A DNA stretch of 64,000 nucleotides from Candidatus Kapaibacterium sp. (GCA_046328995.1 JAXLVN010000004.1:274599-338598); one strand, 5' to 3'; shown: positions 47,598 through 58,420, counted from the stretch's first letter. A program made the numbers and translations. The notes: a model not told the origin generated them from the sequence alone.

Positions 47598-48698
47598 ATG
47601 GCAATTAGAAAAATAGCTTTGAATACCGGTGGCGGTGATGCTCCGGGGTTGAACGCCGTGATACGCTCGGCAGTGCATTCTGCGTTGCATCGCGGGTGGG
47701 AATGTGTGGGTATTCGTGATGGATACAATGGCATCCTGCAGCCCGACGAATACCCGCACAATGGGCTTATACCATTGACTCATCAGTCGGTGCGCGGGAT
47801 AACGCATTTGGGTGGCACGATACTCGGCACTACGAATCGTGGTAATCCTCTCCATTATCCGGTGCGGCAGGCGGACGGCTCGTATATTGAAATCAATCGT
47901 GTCGATGAATTGCTCGGACGGTTCCGCGAAGAGGGAATTGACGCGCTCGTTGCGATCGGTGGAGATGGTTCGCTCAAAATCGCTAATGCCTTTGTCGAGA
48001 AAGGGTTCCCGGTGGTCGGCGTGCCGAAAACGATTGACAATGATATCTTTGGTACTGAGGTTACGTTCGGTTTTGACAGCGCCGTCAGCTTTGCAACCGA
48101 GTGTATCGACCGCCTGCATTCGACCGCTGAGGCGCATCATCGGGTGATGGTGGTGGAGGTGATGGGACGGTATGCAGGGTGGATAGCTCTTCATGCAGGA
48201 GTAGCAGGCACGGCTGATGCGATTCTCATTCCGGAAATACCGTATTCGATTGATAAAATTGCGGCGAAGGTGCAGGAGCGAGACGCGCGCGGACGCCATT
48301 TCTCGATTATCGTGGTGGCAGAAGGCGCCAAACCGGTCGATGGTGAAACGTCGATTATCGGGAAGTCGATTGGTCAAGCCGAACGTCTCGGAGGTGCCGG
48401 CGAACGTGTGGTGAAGCAGATTGAAGCCCTCACCGGAAAAGAGTCACGGCTGGTCGTGCTCGGGCATTTATTGCGCGGCGGTGCTCCGACGACATTTGAC
48501 CGGTTGCTTTCGCTCAGGTTTGGCGCTGCTGCGGTACGTTCTCTTGCCGACGGTATGTCCGGCGTAATGGTCGGTCTCGAATCATCGCACATTCATTGTG
48601 TTCCGTTCAGTGAAGTAGCCGGCAAGATGCGTGGCGTGCCTACGACTTCGGATATTATCCTCACGGCGAAGGATTTGGGGATTACGTTTGGGGATTAG
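47598..48698 (+). CDS. pfk: 6-phosphofructokinase, PfkA family (ATP- or PPi-dependent cannot be distinguished by eye)
   Basis: Motifs GGGDAPGLNAV, GGDGS and PKTIDNDI are present, along with MGR. The protein is 366 aa. Confidence 0.9.
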   Translation: MAIRKIALNTGGGDAPGLNAVIRSAVHSALHRGWECVGIRDGYNGILQPDEYPHNGLIPLTHQSVRGITHLGGTILGTTNRGNPLHYPVRQADGSYIEINRVDELLGRFREEGIDALVAIGGDGSLKIANAFVEKGFPVVGVPKTIDNDIFGTEVTFGFDSAVSFATECIDRLHSTAEAHHRVMVVEVMGRYAGWIALHAGVAGTADAILIPEIPYSIDKIAAKVQERDARGRHFSIIVVAEGAKPVDGETSIIGKSIGQAERLGGAGERVVKQIEALTGKESRLVVLGHLLRGGAPTTFDRLLSLRFGAAAVRSLADGMSGVMVGLESSHIHCVPFSEVAGKMRGVPTTSDIILTAKDLGITFGD

Positions 48699-48732
48699 GG
48701 GCCATGCTACGTACGATTATAGGTGAAAATGG

Positions 48733-48830
48733 TAAACCTCAGTAGGAGAGCAGAAACCTTAGGTGTTTATTAAACCTCAGTAGGAGAGCAGAAAACCTTA
48801 GGTATTCATTAAACCTCAGTAGCGCAAGGA
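48733..48830. repeat. Tandem repeat, ~38-39 bp unit in 2.5 copies
   Basis: TAAACCTCAGTAGGAGAGCAGAAA(A)CCTTAGGT + 6 nt variable occurs at 48733 and 48771. A partial third unit follows at 48810. Confidence 0.8.
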
Positions 48831-48992
48831 CATTCGCCGAAATGATAAAACCTTATTACCTTATTCCAAAACATAGTTAGGCATCCCCTCACCTCCATGC
48901 GGCTAAAGCAGGCTACTCAAGATGGGGAGTCAAGAGCAAGTCCCGCTTCAGCCGGAGGATAGTGTAGGTGTTGAAGGTACAGAGTATAGACA

Positions 48993-49030
48993 AAGAACCC
49001 GTGATGGTGCAGCGTTCATCACGGGTTCTT
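48993..49030. terminator. Strong hairpin serving as a (bidirectional) intrinsic terminator between the convergent pfk and propeller genes
   Basis: A perfect 14 bp stem (AAGAACCCGTGATG / CATCACGGGTTCTT) with a 10 nt loop is followed by TTTTGTT on the plus strand. It lies 4 nt from the stop of minus-strand gene 49034..50461. Confidence 0.65.
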
Positions 49031-49033
49031 TTG

Positions 49034-50461
49034 TTACCGTGCTACGGTGAGCAGCGAAACAGAGTTGTCGCCGCCATTGGAAACACGGAGGAGATATACT
49101 CCTTCGGCCAGGTGACCGGTGGTGATATCGACAGTGCCACGCCCTGTGGTCCAGTCAATGTGCGCGGCAGCAGTTACATCGAGCACTTCGGTGCCAAGCA
49201 TGGAGTATAAGCCCACATGAAACGATGACTGAAACTGCGGATCGGTAAATATGCCAACCGTTGCATGCTTCGAAACAGGATTCGGCACCACCGAAAATAT
49301 CCATGTGTGTGCGAGTGCGTCATCAAGCTTTGGCTGTCCTTCGACGCCATTAGCTTCTCCTGTATAGACGACGACGCCTTCACCGCGTGTGCCTACCCAT
49401 ACTTGCCCCTTCTTATCGACGGTGAGTCCGTACTCGAGGAAATTACCTACGCCTTGATCGGCGTAACGTCCGGGAGGTAATTGCACCTTCAGCCATTTCT
49501 TGGTTTGTTTATTATACTTAGCTAAATAGTCAGGATGCATTGTTACCCATAAATTACCTTGATTATCTTCGGCTGCCGACGTGACGAAAATACTTCGCTG
49601 CGCATCATCAGGACGTATGCTTGGTATTTCTTTGCGGTCGAGCACTGTCCATTCGGAGTTGTCGGGGTTAAAATTGAGGATGTAGTCAGGCTGAGCATTC
49701 ATCCATATTTTACCATCACGAGCTATGTGAATTTTCCCTGCACTGGTAAATGTAATGACTTGATTGTCAATTCTGAGTGTGTCAAATAATGTGCGATTGC
49801 CTGTGATGGGGTCGAAGCGCACAATGCCACCGTAGGCCAAATACCAGATAATACCATGTTTGTCGATTTCCATCGACGCTGAACCTACCTCACCGGCAAT
49901 TCCATAGATCGGGAACTCCTTCGCATCCTTCAAGATAGGGTATTGTGTCCACTTCCCGTCATAAAACCTTGAAAGTGACATAGCATTGGACATACCTGAA
50001 AGCCAGAGTCCACCGCTGCTATCCATGGCAAGACTATTGACAGAATAGTAATTGGGGTCGTTACCCGAAGTAGCGGATGGATCATATGCCCAAGCCTTAC
50101 CATTATAGTACTTTGTCATTTTACGAAGCTTTGTATCGTAATATTTGAGACCGTAGGTGGTAGCTACCCATAAGTTGTCATGCAAATCTTTGACCAAATT
50201 TACCACTTCACCTACATAACTTTGTGGGTTGTCTGCATCGACGAAAAAAGATTCCCATAGATCTTTATTGATGCTAAACAGACCTTGTTGAAACCCACAA
50301 ACAACTTCACCATTGCTGAGTATTACGATGGCTTTAGCGTATGATTTGGTTTTCATTGAATCGCTGATAGTGGCATTCCTATCGTATTGAATCCACTGAG
50401 CATTACATATATTTGCAATTGTTATAAATGTGAGAAGAAGAAGAATCAAAGAAGTTTTCAT
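49034..50461 (-). CDS. Secreted beta-propeller protein (two-component-regulator-propeller-like repeats) with a T9SS C-terminal sorting domain
   Basis: There is a signal peptide and repeated NLWVATTYGL / GGLWLSG / GNLWVT / GQVWVGT motifs. The CTD is VVPNPVSKHATVGIF...GVYLLRVSNGGDNSVSLLTVAR. Confidence 0.7.
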   Translation of the reverse strand: MKTSLILLLLTFITIANICNAQWIQYDRNATISDSMKTKSYAKAIVILSNGEVVCGFQQGLFSINKDLWESFFVDADNPQSYVGEVVNLVKDLHDNLWVATTYGLKYYDTKLRKMTKYYNGKAWAYDPSATSGNDPNYYSVNSLAMDSSGGLWLSGMSNAMSLSRFYDGKWTQYPILKDAKEFPIYGIAGEVGSASMEIDKHGIIWYLAYGGIVRFDPITGNRTLFDTLRIDNQVITFTSAGKIHIARDGKIWMNAQPDYILNFNPDNSEWTVLDRKEIPSIRPDDAQRSIFVTSAAEDNQGNLWVTMHPDYLAKYNKQTKKWLKVQLPPGRYADQGVGNFLEYGLTVDKKGQVWVGTRGEGVVVYTGEANGVEGQPKLDDALAHTWIFSVVPNPVSKHATVGIFTDPQFQSSFHVGLYSMLGTEVLDVTAAAHIDWTTGRGTVDITTGHLAEGVYLLRVSNGGDNSVSLLTVAR

Positions 50462-50588
50462 AATCAGTAATAATAATATAAAGGATAATGAAATAAAGCG
50501 GGCAGAAGTGGTAAGTAACTTATTAGGTTAGTGTCACTGCCCGCTTACGTCGATTGAACTACTTAGCTTTGCCACTATATTCAAACTA

Positions 50589-51245
50589 CTATTGACATAT
50601 ACGGAGACAAGGGATAGGATTACCGGCTGCATCATGGGTAGTAGCAGGGCATGTGGCTCCATTGTTGACAATGCTGACTAATGTTTCGTTAAGTTGCTTA
50701 ACACCATTGACATATTCATAGCACACCCGCCATTGTTCTTCACAACGGCCGATGTTACCATTGCCGCAAGGAGTGCGAACCCAAGTTGCAGTGGTTGGAT
50801 CAAAAAATTCCTCAGAATAGCAACTTGCATGGAGGATACGATAGATGGTTTTACTCATAGCAGGACATGGTGGAATAGGAGTATTTACAGCAGCCCCCAT
50901 TCCTCCATCTGTAGATGTCCAAGGGTGTAAATTGACGATAAGATGCCGGGAAGCAATGCGAATAAGGTCATTCATATCGTATGAGCCGGTGCATCCATGC
51001 CCCCGTGAAATGGCACCTATATAGATTTCTACTTCTCCACCATTAAAAGGAGTCGTTCTCCAGCACCATTGAAAAGTGATGAAGCAGCCGCTACCGAGGG
51101 GAGATTCGATAGTTGTTGAGTATGAGCCTATAAAAGGAATATTCGGATAATCATTGGGGGCAGGGGTGGGGCATTGTGCGTTAGCAGATTGAAGACAAGT
51201 GAGTGACAGTAGTAGGGCCACGGCGATGAGTGTGAAAGTTCTCAT
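50589..51245 (-). CDS. Cys-rich secreted protein of unknown function
   Basis: The start is taken at MRTFTLIAVALLLSLTCLQSANAQ. The ~195 aa mature part contains about 14 Cys. Confidence 0.45.
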   Translation of the reverse strand: MRTFTLIAVALLLSLTCLQSANAQCPTPAPNDYPNIPFIGSYSTTIESPLGSGCFITFQWCWRTTPFNGGEVEIYIGAISRGHGCTGSYDMNDLIRIASRHLIVNLHPWTSTDGGMGAAVNTPIPPCPAMSKTIYRILHASCYSEEFFDPTTATWVRTPCGNGNIGRCEEQWRVCYEYVNGVKQLNETLVSIVNNGATCPATTHDAAGNPIPCLRICQ

Positions 51246-51726
51246 GAAGAATTCCAGTCGTAAATGTGTAACAATAAGAAGATTGAAGTAAAGGTTGTTC
51301 CGGGGCAAGTGTGAAAAATAATAGTGATACTTGCCCCGGCAAATTGGTCACGGAGAAATGGCGATCTCCGTATGGTTCTTTTTCTCGACTGCTATGGTTG
51401 GTTTATCCTCAGGCCATCATCCGTGCAGCGAGAAAAATACCGCCGGCTGCCATGAGCTGTAAAAAGGATTCTTTGACATCACCTGTGAAAATGTGATACA
51501 ACCTAAATTATGGTGGTGAGGAAAAAAAATAATGGTGAAAAGTAGTAACCGCTACTATAGTGTGAAGGTGAAAATGATGCTTCACACAATGCAAAGTGTC
51601 TGATACTGTAGAAAAGGTTGCAGTGGAGGTGAAATATTTTTTTATTGGGGAGAAATTGCTTGTTAAGAGGGCAGAGAAGTATAGGTTTGTAAAGGTGTTA
51701 CAGGGTATTGCTTGTTTCTGGAAATT

Positions 51727-54700
51727 TCATCTCCATACGCTCAATAGCTTGCCGTCGGTGGCGGTGTTTCCGCGTAATTGTACACAGTACGAACCGCATA
51801 CCCAGTCGCTTGTTACCACCGTAAACTGGTATCGACCAGAATCAATATACCCGTCGATGAGCGTTTGAATACTCCTGCCAAGAACATCATAGACTACGCA
51901 GGAATACTCACCAGCGACAGGAATATCTATACTAATCACAGCATGATCATCGACAGGATTGGGTGCAATAGCAAGGATCGTAGGCACGCCTGCTGTACTG
52001 CCTCCGAGACGCTGACCGCCCCATGATGTGGATGTTGTTATCTGGCAAATACTGCCCAATGCTTTTATGGTAGAAGGGATAGAAAATAGGTTGAAATGAG
52101 GAGGTGTCTGCACGATATACTCCAAAACAGCACATGCTGAACCGCTATCGGTCGATGATACGAATCGTGGAGATAAGTCAAACGAACGAAACGAGAACAA
52201 ATTCCCGTTCTTTTGATATTTTGTATTATAGTTCGGCGGGATGTTGATAAGTGGTAGGTTGTTGAGTCGAATCGAAGTATCCATTATCCGCACGAGTGAT
52301 GACAGTGAATCGGTAACCAACACGCCCGTAACCGGTTCGGTGCTCGAATTGCATACAACAGTTCGTACTGAAAAATAATCGGCAGAGTCTGTTTCCCGGA
52401 CTTTGGTGATGGCTTTGTGAACACTCATCGCCGGAACAGATGGAGTGACGCTCACGGATGTTTTTCCAAGACGTTCTGCTTGCTCTATAGGCACAGCATC
52501 GGGAAGTATCTGCACTTTTTGCGCACGGTTCAAGAAGCGTGTATCGCCCTTCACGCGTGTGCGGAGAACGGTTGTGAAGCATCCATTGCTATCGGCTTTT
52601 GTATCATTGAGATGAGTAATAATCAGTCCATTCTCATTGTGAAAATCTCCGTCAATGAGCTCCAAGCCATCAGGCAAATTAGCGTGAAGTGTGAGAGGGC
52701 GAATGTATTCAGCAGCATCCCAGCATACAGTAATCACAAACGGTACTTCTTCGCCTAAACATGGGAAATAGGTCACAGGCAGTACATCGAGCCCATAACC
52801 GGCAGGACGCAGCCGTACATCATCCATAAAGATATAGTTATCATACTCTTGGTTCGTATCCGAAAGGTTGAGCTTGTTGGCGTAAAGGATGAGTTGGGTA
52901 AAGTCCTTGGTTCTAAAGCGAAAGGGCTTGCTGCGTAATTTGTGCCATAGTGAATGGGTGAAGGTGGTATCTAAAACCATCATACCTCCAAAATCTGGAG
53001 GACTATCTATAATACCTTTATACTCGGGATAACGTGCACAGACATTATAATCAACAATATTTACTGATAATCTTGCAGCATTAATATCGTATTTATTAAA
53101 TGTTGGTGTATAAGCATGGAGTTCTAATACATATTCGCCTATAGTATCCATGTTTTTGGGGTAAAAAGATTGAATAAGTCCTTCATTGATGAAGTGTTTA
53201 ATGGAAGTGTCCGGAGGAAAATTTGTTACCATTTTATTCATAACTCCAACCATGACCTCGTTTGCAGGATCATTATCCCATGTTTCTGGCTTTATCGGAG
53301 CAATTCTGATTAGTTGAATAGTATCTGATGGGAACAAACCATTTGTCCTTAAATTTATCCTCCCGCTCCCTTTTCGAACATAAATATCAGGAGTAAAAGG
53401 CATGTTTTCCCATGCTGTAAGCGGTGATAACGATGAGCAGTGATTTGATACACTAAAATCTTCAAACGCTCCTCCGCCTGCTGCCAGTTCAAAGCCACTA
53501 TTGCAGAGACCGAGATACTCCTTTGGCGGGCAATTACTATAGCGAACCAACTGTACCCGTATCACAAAATAGGCAGTATTGCTCTCTGCGCCGGTGATTG
53601 TGTTCACTCCTATGTATCGGATGATTGCAATTCCCGCAAATTCTGGTCCGCGCTCGAAAATATACTCCTTACCATAGAGTGTTTTGAGTGAGTCGGATGC
53701 AACCGCTACCCTGCCAACAGCATCACCGCCAATAACTTCCATACACCGTACCTCGGAAACACCGACATCATTCTGTAGTAAATCTTCGGAATTAAACATC
53801 CTGCTTTTTGTCTCGTCGAATCGGACGATTAATTCATCGTTACCGGCAGCGGTGAGTTCAGAGGTTGATGGATACGTCGCAAATCGTCCACCGCCATTGT
53901 TAGGATTGCCATAGCTACCTGTGATGGAGTATCCAAGGTCAGCTACCATCTGTACATCAGAAACAGTCGGAGCACGGCGAGCGATAGAATGCTGAATGGA
54001 ATATGACATCACACTTGTTGCACCGCAATCGGTATCAATATGGCAGATACTTGTACCGAAAGAAAACCCACGAGGAGTGTAGAGCGGCAATTGAGTCGCA
54101 AATTTCCCCTTAAATACCAATGATGGCGAGTTATTACTGCAAGGAATTTGGAACGTTGCGGGTGGAATTGCACTATTATAATGGAGTGCATAGCATTGAT
54201 TGGTACGCTCAATGAGCGAGCGCCCGTCGGCAGTATGAACGAAGGTATCGAATCGTGTATAGTAGCCGCCACCGCGCAAACTTGAGCCGTCGGATTGAAT
54301 GAAAGTGGCTACGCCGAGGGCATGAAGGCATTCATGCAGCAGAACAGTATAGAGGTCAATTCCCGAAAAGGTGGTGGCATTATAATCAAGATTAAACGTA
54401 TTGGCTGTGTTGATTTCAATGATACCGTGATAGGCAGGCCTTTGAGGGAGATATTTGAACGCATCGACGCCGGAGTTGAGCGTCGTCCACACAGCGCCGT
54501 CGAGGATACCGTTTTGTCCGGCAGGGTCGTCGGCATAGATAGCAGTGGCTTGGGCTGCAGTGCCATCACGGCGATATGCGCAGAGTGCGAGAATATCAAC
54601 TGTATCGTTTATGAGGTGAGGTCTTTTGATAAGTGTTGAAATATCAGTGAGTACTGCAAGGAGTACATTCCGGCGGGCTTCGCCGAGTTGTGGATGGAAG

Positions 54701-54963
54701 TATCCCCCGGCGGGATCATTAGTTTCACCGCTGAAGGTCACACGAAAATGTCCTGCCATCGCAGTGATTTCATTGGCAAGAATTTGTGGCGCTTTTTTAG
54801 AATATGATGTTTCATGCCGAACAAATGCTTGCGGTGGAAGCGGCTCACCTTTCGAGGTAAAATACGCAATAGGTGGATGAGTAACTACAGTAGTCGGCTG
54901 ACCAAACGCAAGAGTATGAATAAGGAGAATCGTGCCGAGAATGAGTAAGGCGCGGTATATCAT
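51727..54963 (-). CDS. Secreted zinc metalloprotease (HExxH) with multiple beta-sandwich domains and a T9SS C-terminal sorting domain
   Basis: The start is taken at MIYRALLILGTILLIHTLAFGQ. The zinc motif is TVLLHECLHALGV. The CTD is IAPNPVDDHAVISIDIP...YQFTVV...KLLSVWR. Its start overlaps the upstream AraC-like gene in an ATGA arrangement. Confidence 0.7.
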   Translation of the reverse strand: MIYRALLILGTILLIHTLAFGQPTTVVTHPPIAYFTSKGEPLPPQAFVRHETSYSKKAPQILANEITAMAGHFRVTFSGETNDPAGGYFHPQLGEARRNVLLAVLTDISTLIKRPHLINDTVDILALCAYRRDGTAAQATAIYADDPAGQNGILDGAVWTTLNSGVDAFKYLPQRPAYHGIIEINTANTFNLDYNATTFSGIDLYTVLLHECLHALGVATFIQSDGSSLRGGGYYTRFDTFVHTADGRSLIERTNQCYALHYNSAIPPATFQIPCSNNSPSLVFKGKFATQLPLYTPRGFSFGTSICHIDTDCGATSVMSYSIQHSIARRAPTVSDVQMVADLGYSITGSYGNPNNGGGRFATYPSTSELTAAGNDELIVRFDETKSRMFNSEDLLQNDVGVSEVRCMEVIGGDAVGRVAVASDSLKTLYGKEYIFERGPEFAGIAIIRYIGVNTITGAESNTAYFVIRVQLVRYSNCPPKEYLGLCNSGFELAAGGGAFEDFSVSNHCSSLSPLTAWENMPFTPDIYVRKGSGRINLRTNGLFPSDTIQLIRIAPIKPETWDNDPANEVMVGVMNKMVTNFPPDTSIKHFINEGLIQSFYPKNMDTIGEYVLELHAYTPTFNKYDINAARLSVNIVDYNVCARYPEYKGIIDSPPDFGGMMVLDTTFTHSLWHKLRSKPFRFRTKDFTQLILYANKLNLSDTNQEYDNYIFMDDVRLRPAGYGLDVLPVTYFPCLGEEVPFVITVCWDAAEYIRPLTLHANLPDGLELIDGDFHNENGLIITHLNDTKADSNGCFTTVLRTRVKGDTRFLNRAQKVQILPDAVPIEQAERLGKTSVSVTPSVPAMSVHKAITKVRETDSADYFSVRTVVCNSSTEPVTGVLVTDSLSSLVRIMDTSIRLNNLPLINIPPNYNTKYQKNGNLFSFRSFDLSPRFVSSTDSGSACAVLEYIVQTPPHFNLFSIPSTIKALGSICQITTSTSWGGQRLGGSTAGVPTILAIAPNPVDDHAVISIDIPVAGEYSCVVYDVLGRSIQTLIDGYIDSGRYQFTVVTSDWVCGSYCVQLRGNTATDGKLLSVWR

Positions 54964-55406
54964 AGAGTGTTTTGAATTAGAACTAATGGACTTGAATAAA
55001 ATGTTTTGGTATGCGCGTAGCCCACAGATTTGCTCACTTCGACTAATGGTTTTCCTGATTGGAGCAGCGGACAGGCAGCGTGCATGCGAAGACATTTGAG
55101 GTACTCGCTCGGCGTTTTTCCGGTTAGACGCACGGTCTGCTCGTAGAGCCATCGGCGGCTTACGTGTATTTCTTCGGCGAGTGTGTTGATGTCGGCGCTT
55201 GGGTTGTTGTACTTCTGCTCGAAAAGCGTGAACAGAGTACGGTGTATTGTGTCACATAAATTACCTGTACCCTGCCCTGCATTTTGTAGTTGAGAGAACG
55301 AATCCAACGTATTCGACTCGTTATACGATAGTAGAGAATGTATCATCAATTCTGAAAAATGTGAATAATTTTGTGTGAAATATTCCCCGAATACTGTCCT
55401 ACCCAT
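54960..55406 (-). CDS. AraC-family HTH DNA-binding protein, standalone (148 aa)
   Basis: The HTH_AraC region is DINTLAEEIHVSRRWLYEQTVRLTGKTPSEYLKCLRMHAACPLLQSGKPLVEVSKSVGY. It is 53 nt downstream of the hybrid histidine kinase and its stop overlaps the protease start. Confidence 0.7.
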   Translation of the reverse strand: MGRTVFGEYFTQNYSHFSELMIHSLLSYNESNTLDSFSQLQNAGQGTGNLCDTIHRTLFTLFEQKYNNPSADINTLAEEIHVSRRWLYEQTVRLTGKTPSEYLKCLRMHAACPLLQSGKPLVEVSKSVGYAHTKTFYSSPLVLIQNTL

Positions 55407-55459
55407 ATGGCATAAGAAACATGGTGTGTGTCGTGTATTATTTTAATCTCTTTCCCCAC

Positions 55460-58018
55460 CTACACCCTCCGCAGCATCTCCCCAATAATACTTAATAACT
55501 TCTCGGAAGTATAGGGCTTATGGAGAAAAACAACCCTGTCCTGCGTGACGATATCGCTGTCCTGCTTTAAGCCGCTGACGGCGATGATTTTTACCTGCGG
55601 ATTCATCTTTTGTATCGCACGGATGGTCGCCGTGCCGTCCATATAGGGCATCATCATATCGGTGACGACGAGGGCGATCGAGTCGCCGTAATGAGCATAG
55701 GTGGCGAGTGCTTCGGTGCCGTCAACCGCGGTGAGAACCTTGTACCCATGCGCTTCTAAGGTTACTTTCGTTATTTCGCGTATGCTTTCCTCATCTTCGA
55801 CTATTAATATACACTCACCTTTGCTGTGGGGAAGTGCCACGCTCACATCGAGTTCGGCCTGCCGACTGCCGTCATCGCTCACCGGCAGGTACAGCTTGAA
55901 CGTCGTGCCCTTGCCAAGCTCGCTATAGACATTGATAAATCCCTTGTGACTCTTGATAATCGTGAGCACGGTGGAGAGTCCGAGACCGGTTCCTTTGTTG
56001 ATTTCTTTCGTCGTGAAAAACGGTTCGAATATCCGCTCGAGAACCACCGGCGGGATTCCCATGCCTTGGTCGGTGACGGTGATCACGATATAGGTGCCGA
56101 GTTTTGCATCGAGGTGCATGCGCACGTACTGTTCGTCGAGTTCGATCGTTTCCGCTTCGATTTCAATTTTTCCGCCATTCGGCATTGCATCGCGCGCATT
56201 GACACAGAGATTCATCAGCACCTGATGTATTTGCGTCGAATCGGCGGAAATCGTCGGTAAATTCGTGGTGTATTTTGTATGGAAGGTAATCGACTTCGGG
56301 AATGTCTGCGTGATGATTTTTCCTATTTCTTCAATTAAATGACGTACTTGGACGATGGTAAATTCCCCTTCGACACCGCGAGCAAAGGAGAGAACCTGCC
56401 GGATAAGTGCCGACCCGCGCTTGGTCGATGTCTCAAGCATCTGCAGCATCTTTTGGCTTTGAGCATCGGTAAGCTTGGTACTCAAATAGCTCACCGACAG
56501 TAAAATCGGCGATAGCACATTATTGAGGTCATGGGCAATTCCGCTGGCAAGCGTACCGATACTTTCCATGCGTTGCGCGCGAAGGAATTGCTTCTCGAGT
56601 TGTTTTTTCTCCGTACTGTCTCGTGATACGACAATTACCCTGATAACGGCGCCCTCTTCATCTCTGATGACACTGCCCTGTGACTCGATAAAGCGTATGC
56701 TGCCGTCGGGAAGAACAAAACGGTACTCCGCCCGCTGTCCGATTCCCGTGCGCACCGTGTCGTGAAAGAGTGCGCGGATGCGGTCGCGGTCTTCGGGATG
56801 AATTTCCTGAAATGAATCGGTGCCGTAGAGTGATTCCGGGTTGCCGAGGAGGGAGCGATAGGAGGGACTATTATACATGCGTTTGCCTTCGAGGTCGAGC
56901 ACTGCGATCATATCGGCTATGTTTTCTGAGATCATACGGAATTGCTCATGACTCTCCCGTATCGCTTCATCGGCGACCTTGCGGGCGGTGATATCCTGGA
57001 ATGCACCCATAAGCCGAATGCATTTTCCATCCCGAAATTCACCTTTGCCGAGCGAACGTACCCAAATTTGCTTGCCGTTTGCAGTAATAAACGGCACTTC
57101 AATGTCCCATGGCCTGCCTTCTTCCATGCCGAGTTTCACGGCTTCGGTGATTAATGGCCGCGCTGAAGGTGCATAAAAATGAATCGCTTCCTCGATAGTG
57201 GGTATTTGTCCCTGCGGCAGACCGTAGATGGTGAAGGTCTGTTCGGTCCAGAACATATCCATCGTCTCGACATCGATTTCCCAACCGCCGATATTGGCTA
57301 ATTTCCCAATTTCCGTGAGCATTGATTCACTCTTCCGCAACTGTTCTTCTGCTTTTTTACGTTCCGAAATATCGACCGACAGGATAAACACGCCCTCGGG
57401 TACCGGCAGAAACTTCAGGTCAAAGCATCCTTTGCGTCCGTCGGGGAAGTGAAACTCATGTTCGATGATCTGAGGGATGCGTTCCTGCATACAGAGCCAA
57501 AGTTTTTCAAACATTTCCGTCGATTCAATCCCCGGATACATCTCCATCATTGTATGGCCGATTAGATCTTCCTTCTGCCGGCGGGCATGATGTGATGCCG
57601 TGTCATTGAGGTAGATATAGGTCCAGTCGTATCCGACAATCTGACATCCTTCCAGCATCTCATCGAGTCCACGCAGATGTATCGATTCACTTGCTTGATT
57701 GGACGAAATGCTCTGTCGTAATACACCAACTTCTTGTTCTAATTGATGAATAACGGACAAAAGGGAAGTGCTCTCCTCGCTCTGCCTGCTGCTTGCCTCG
57801 CCCGCGCGCTCGTGCGTGATAGCCAGTAAGCGCTTTCGGCAGAGCCAAAGTGCACCTACCAGCAACATGTTCACGGCAAGGGAGAGTATGGGGAAGAACG
57901 TGCCCGCATCGGAAGAAACCACGGTCAACCGATGGTAGGTGTCCCAGATGGCATAGCACAGCACTCCCGATACTATCCAAGAACGAAGGTGTAGTTTTGT
58001 GCGGAATGAGGGTTTCAT
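55460..58018 (-). CDS. Hybrid sensor histidine kinase/response regulator with cytoplasmic PAS domains
   Basis: There are two N-terminal TM helices with no periplasmic loop and several PAS-like blocks. HisKA (LASGIAHDLNNVLSPI), HATPase (GTGLGLSTV) and a C-terminal receiver (ILIVEDEESIREI...VVTDMMMPYMDG) are all present. Confidence 0.85.
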   Translation of the reverse strand: MKPSFRTKLHLRSWIVSGVLCYAIWDTYHRLTVVSSDAGTFFPILSLAVNMLLVGALWLCRKRLLAITHERAGEASSRQSEESTSLLSVIHQLEQEVGVLRQSISSNQASESIHLRGLDEMLEGCQIVGYDWTYIYLNDTASHHARRQKEDLIGHTMMEMYPGIESTEMFEKLWLCMQERIPQIIEHEFHFPDGRKGCFDLKFLPVPEGVFILSVDISERKKAEEQLRKSESMLTEIGKLANIGGWEIDVETMDMFWTEQTFTIYGLPQGQIPTIEEAIHFYAPSARPLITEAVKLGMEEGRPWDIEVPFITANGKQIWVRSLGKGEFRDGKCIRLMGAFQDITARKVADEAIRESHEQFRMISENIADMIAVLDLEGKRMYNSPSYRSLLGNPESLYGTDSFQEIHPEDRDRIRALFHDTVRTGIGQRAEYRFVLPDGSIRFIESQGSVIRDEEGAVIRVIVVSRDSTEKKQLEKQFLRAQRMESIGTLASGIAHDLNNVLSPILLSVSYLSTKLTDAQSQKMLQMLETSTKRGSALIRQVLSFARGVEGEFTIVQVRHLIEEIGKIITQTFPKSITFHTKYTTNLPTISADSTQIHQVLMNLCVNARDAMPNGGKIEIEAETIELDEQYVRMHLDAKLGTYIVITVTDQGMGIPPVVLERIFEPFFTTKEINKGTGLGLSTVLTIIKSHKGFINVYSELGKGTTFKLYLPVSDDGSRQAELDVSVALPHSKGECILIVEDEESIREITKVTLEAHGYKVLTAVDGTEALATYAHYGDSIALVVTDMMMPYMDGTATIRAIQKMNPQVKIIAVSGLKQDSDIVTQDRVVFLHKPYTSEKLLSIIGEMLRRV

Positions 58019-58420
58019 GGTATTGATGGGAATAGAGTATAGAAATTAGGTACGGTTTTCTCGTAATTGTGGATATTATCAGCAATCCGGAAGGTATAAA
58101 TGGTCTCTTGTCAGGTCGGGCACATCGATTCGGTCTCTCTACCTATAGATGAAGTACCGAGCAGTTCTTTTGTCATGGATAGAGAGTAGAATACCGGAAA
58201 GCAAAAACCGGACAGAAGTTCTGTTCGGTAGAATTGATGCAGCCAATCGACACGTATGGCTACCGAACCACGGTAGCCGGAAATGATGGTCGCATGACAG
58301 GGCTATACTGCGTACGTGCCGGTATTTATCTGATTGTTATGCTGTTGAGCAAGCTCAGAGATGCCTCCTGCTTGTGCCGCCGATGCCTTCGCGCTGATTT
58401 TTGTCACCACTAAAAGCCGC

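Noticed and set aside
47379-48377. 332-aa minus-strand ORF overlapping pfk
   Set aside because: It is antisense to a clearly identifiable 6-phosphofructokinase. Its composition is Arg/His-rich and typical of a GC-rich shadow frame. It has no signal or domain.
48733-48830. Possible mini-CRISPR array
   Set aside because: The 38-39 bp units are directly adjacent with only a 6-nt variable tail. There are no unique spacers of CRISPR length and no cas genes nearby.
51296-51340. Hairpin (GCCGGGGCAAGT ... ACTTGCCCCGG) between the metalloprotease and the Cys-rich gene as a terminator
   Set aside because: It has no adjacent U-tract on either strand and a long 18-nt loop. It may be a processing or regulatory structure, but support for an intrinsic terminator is insufficient.
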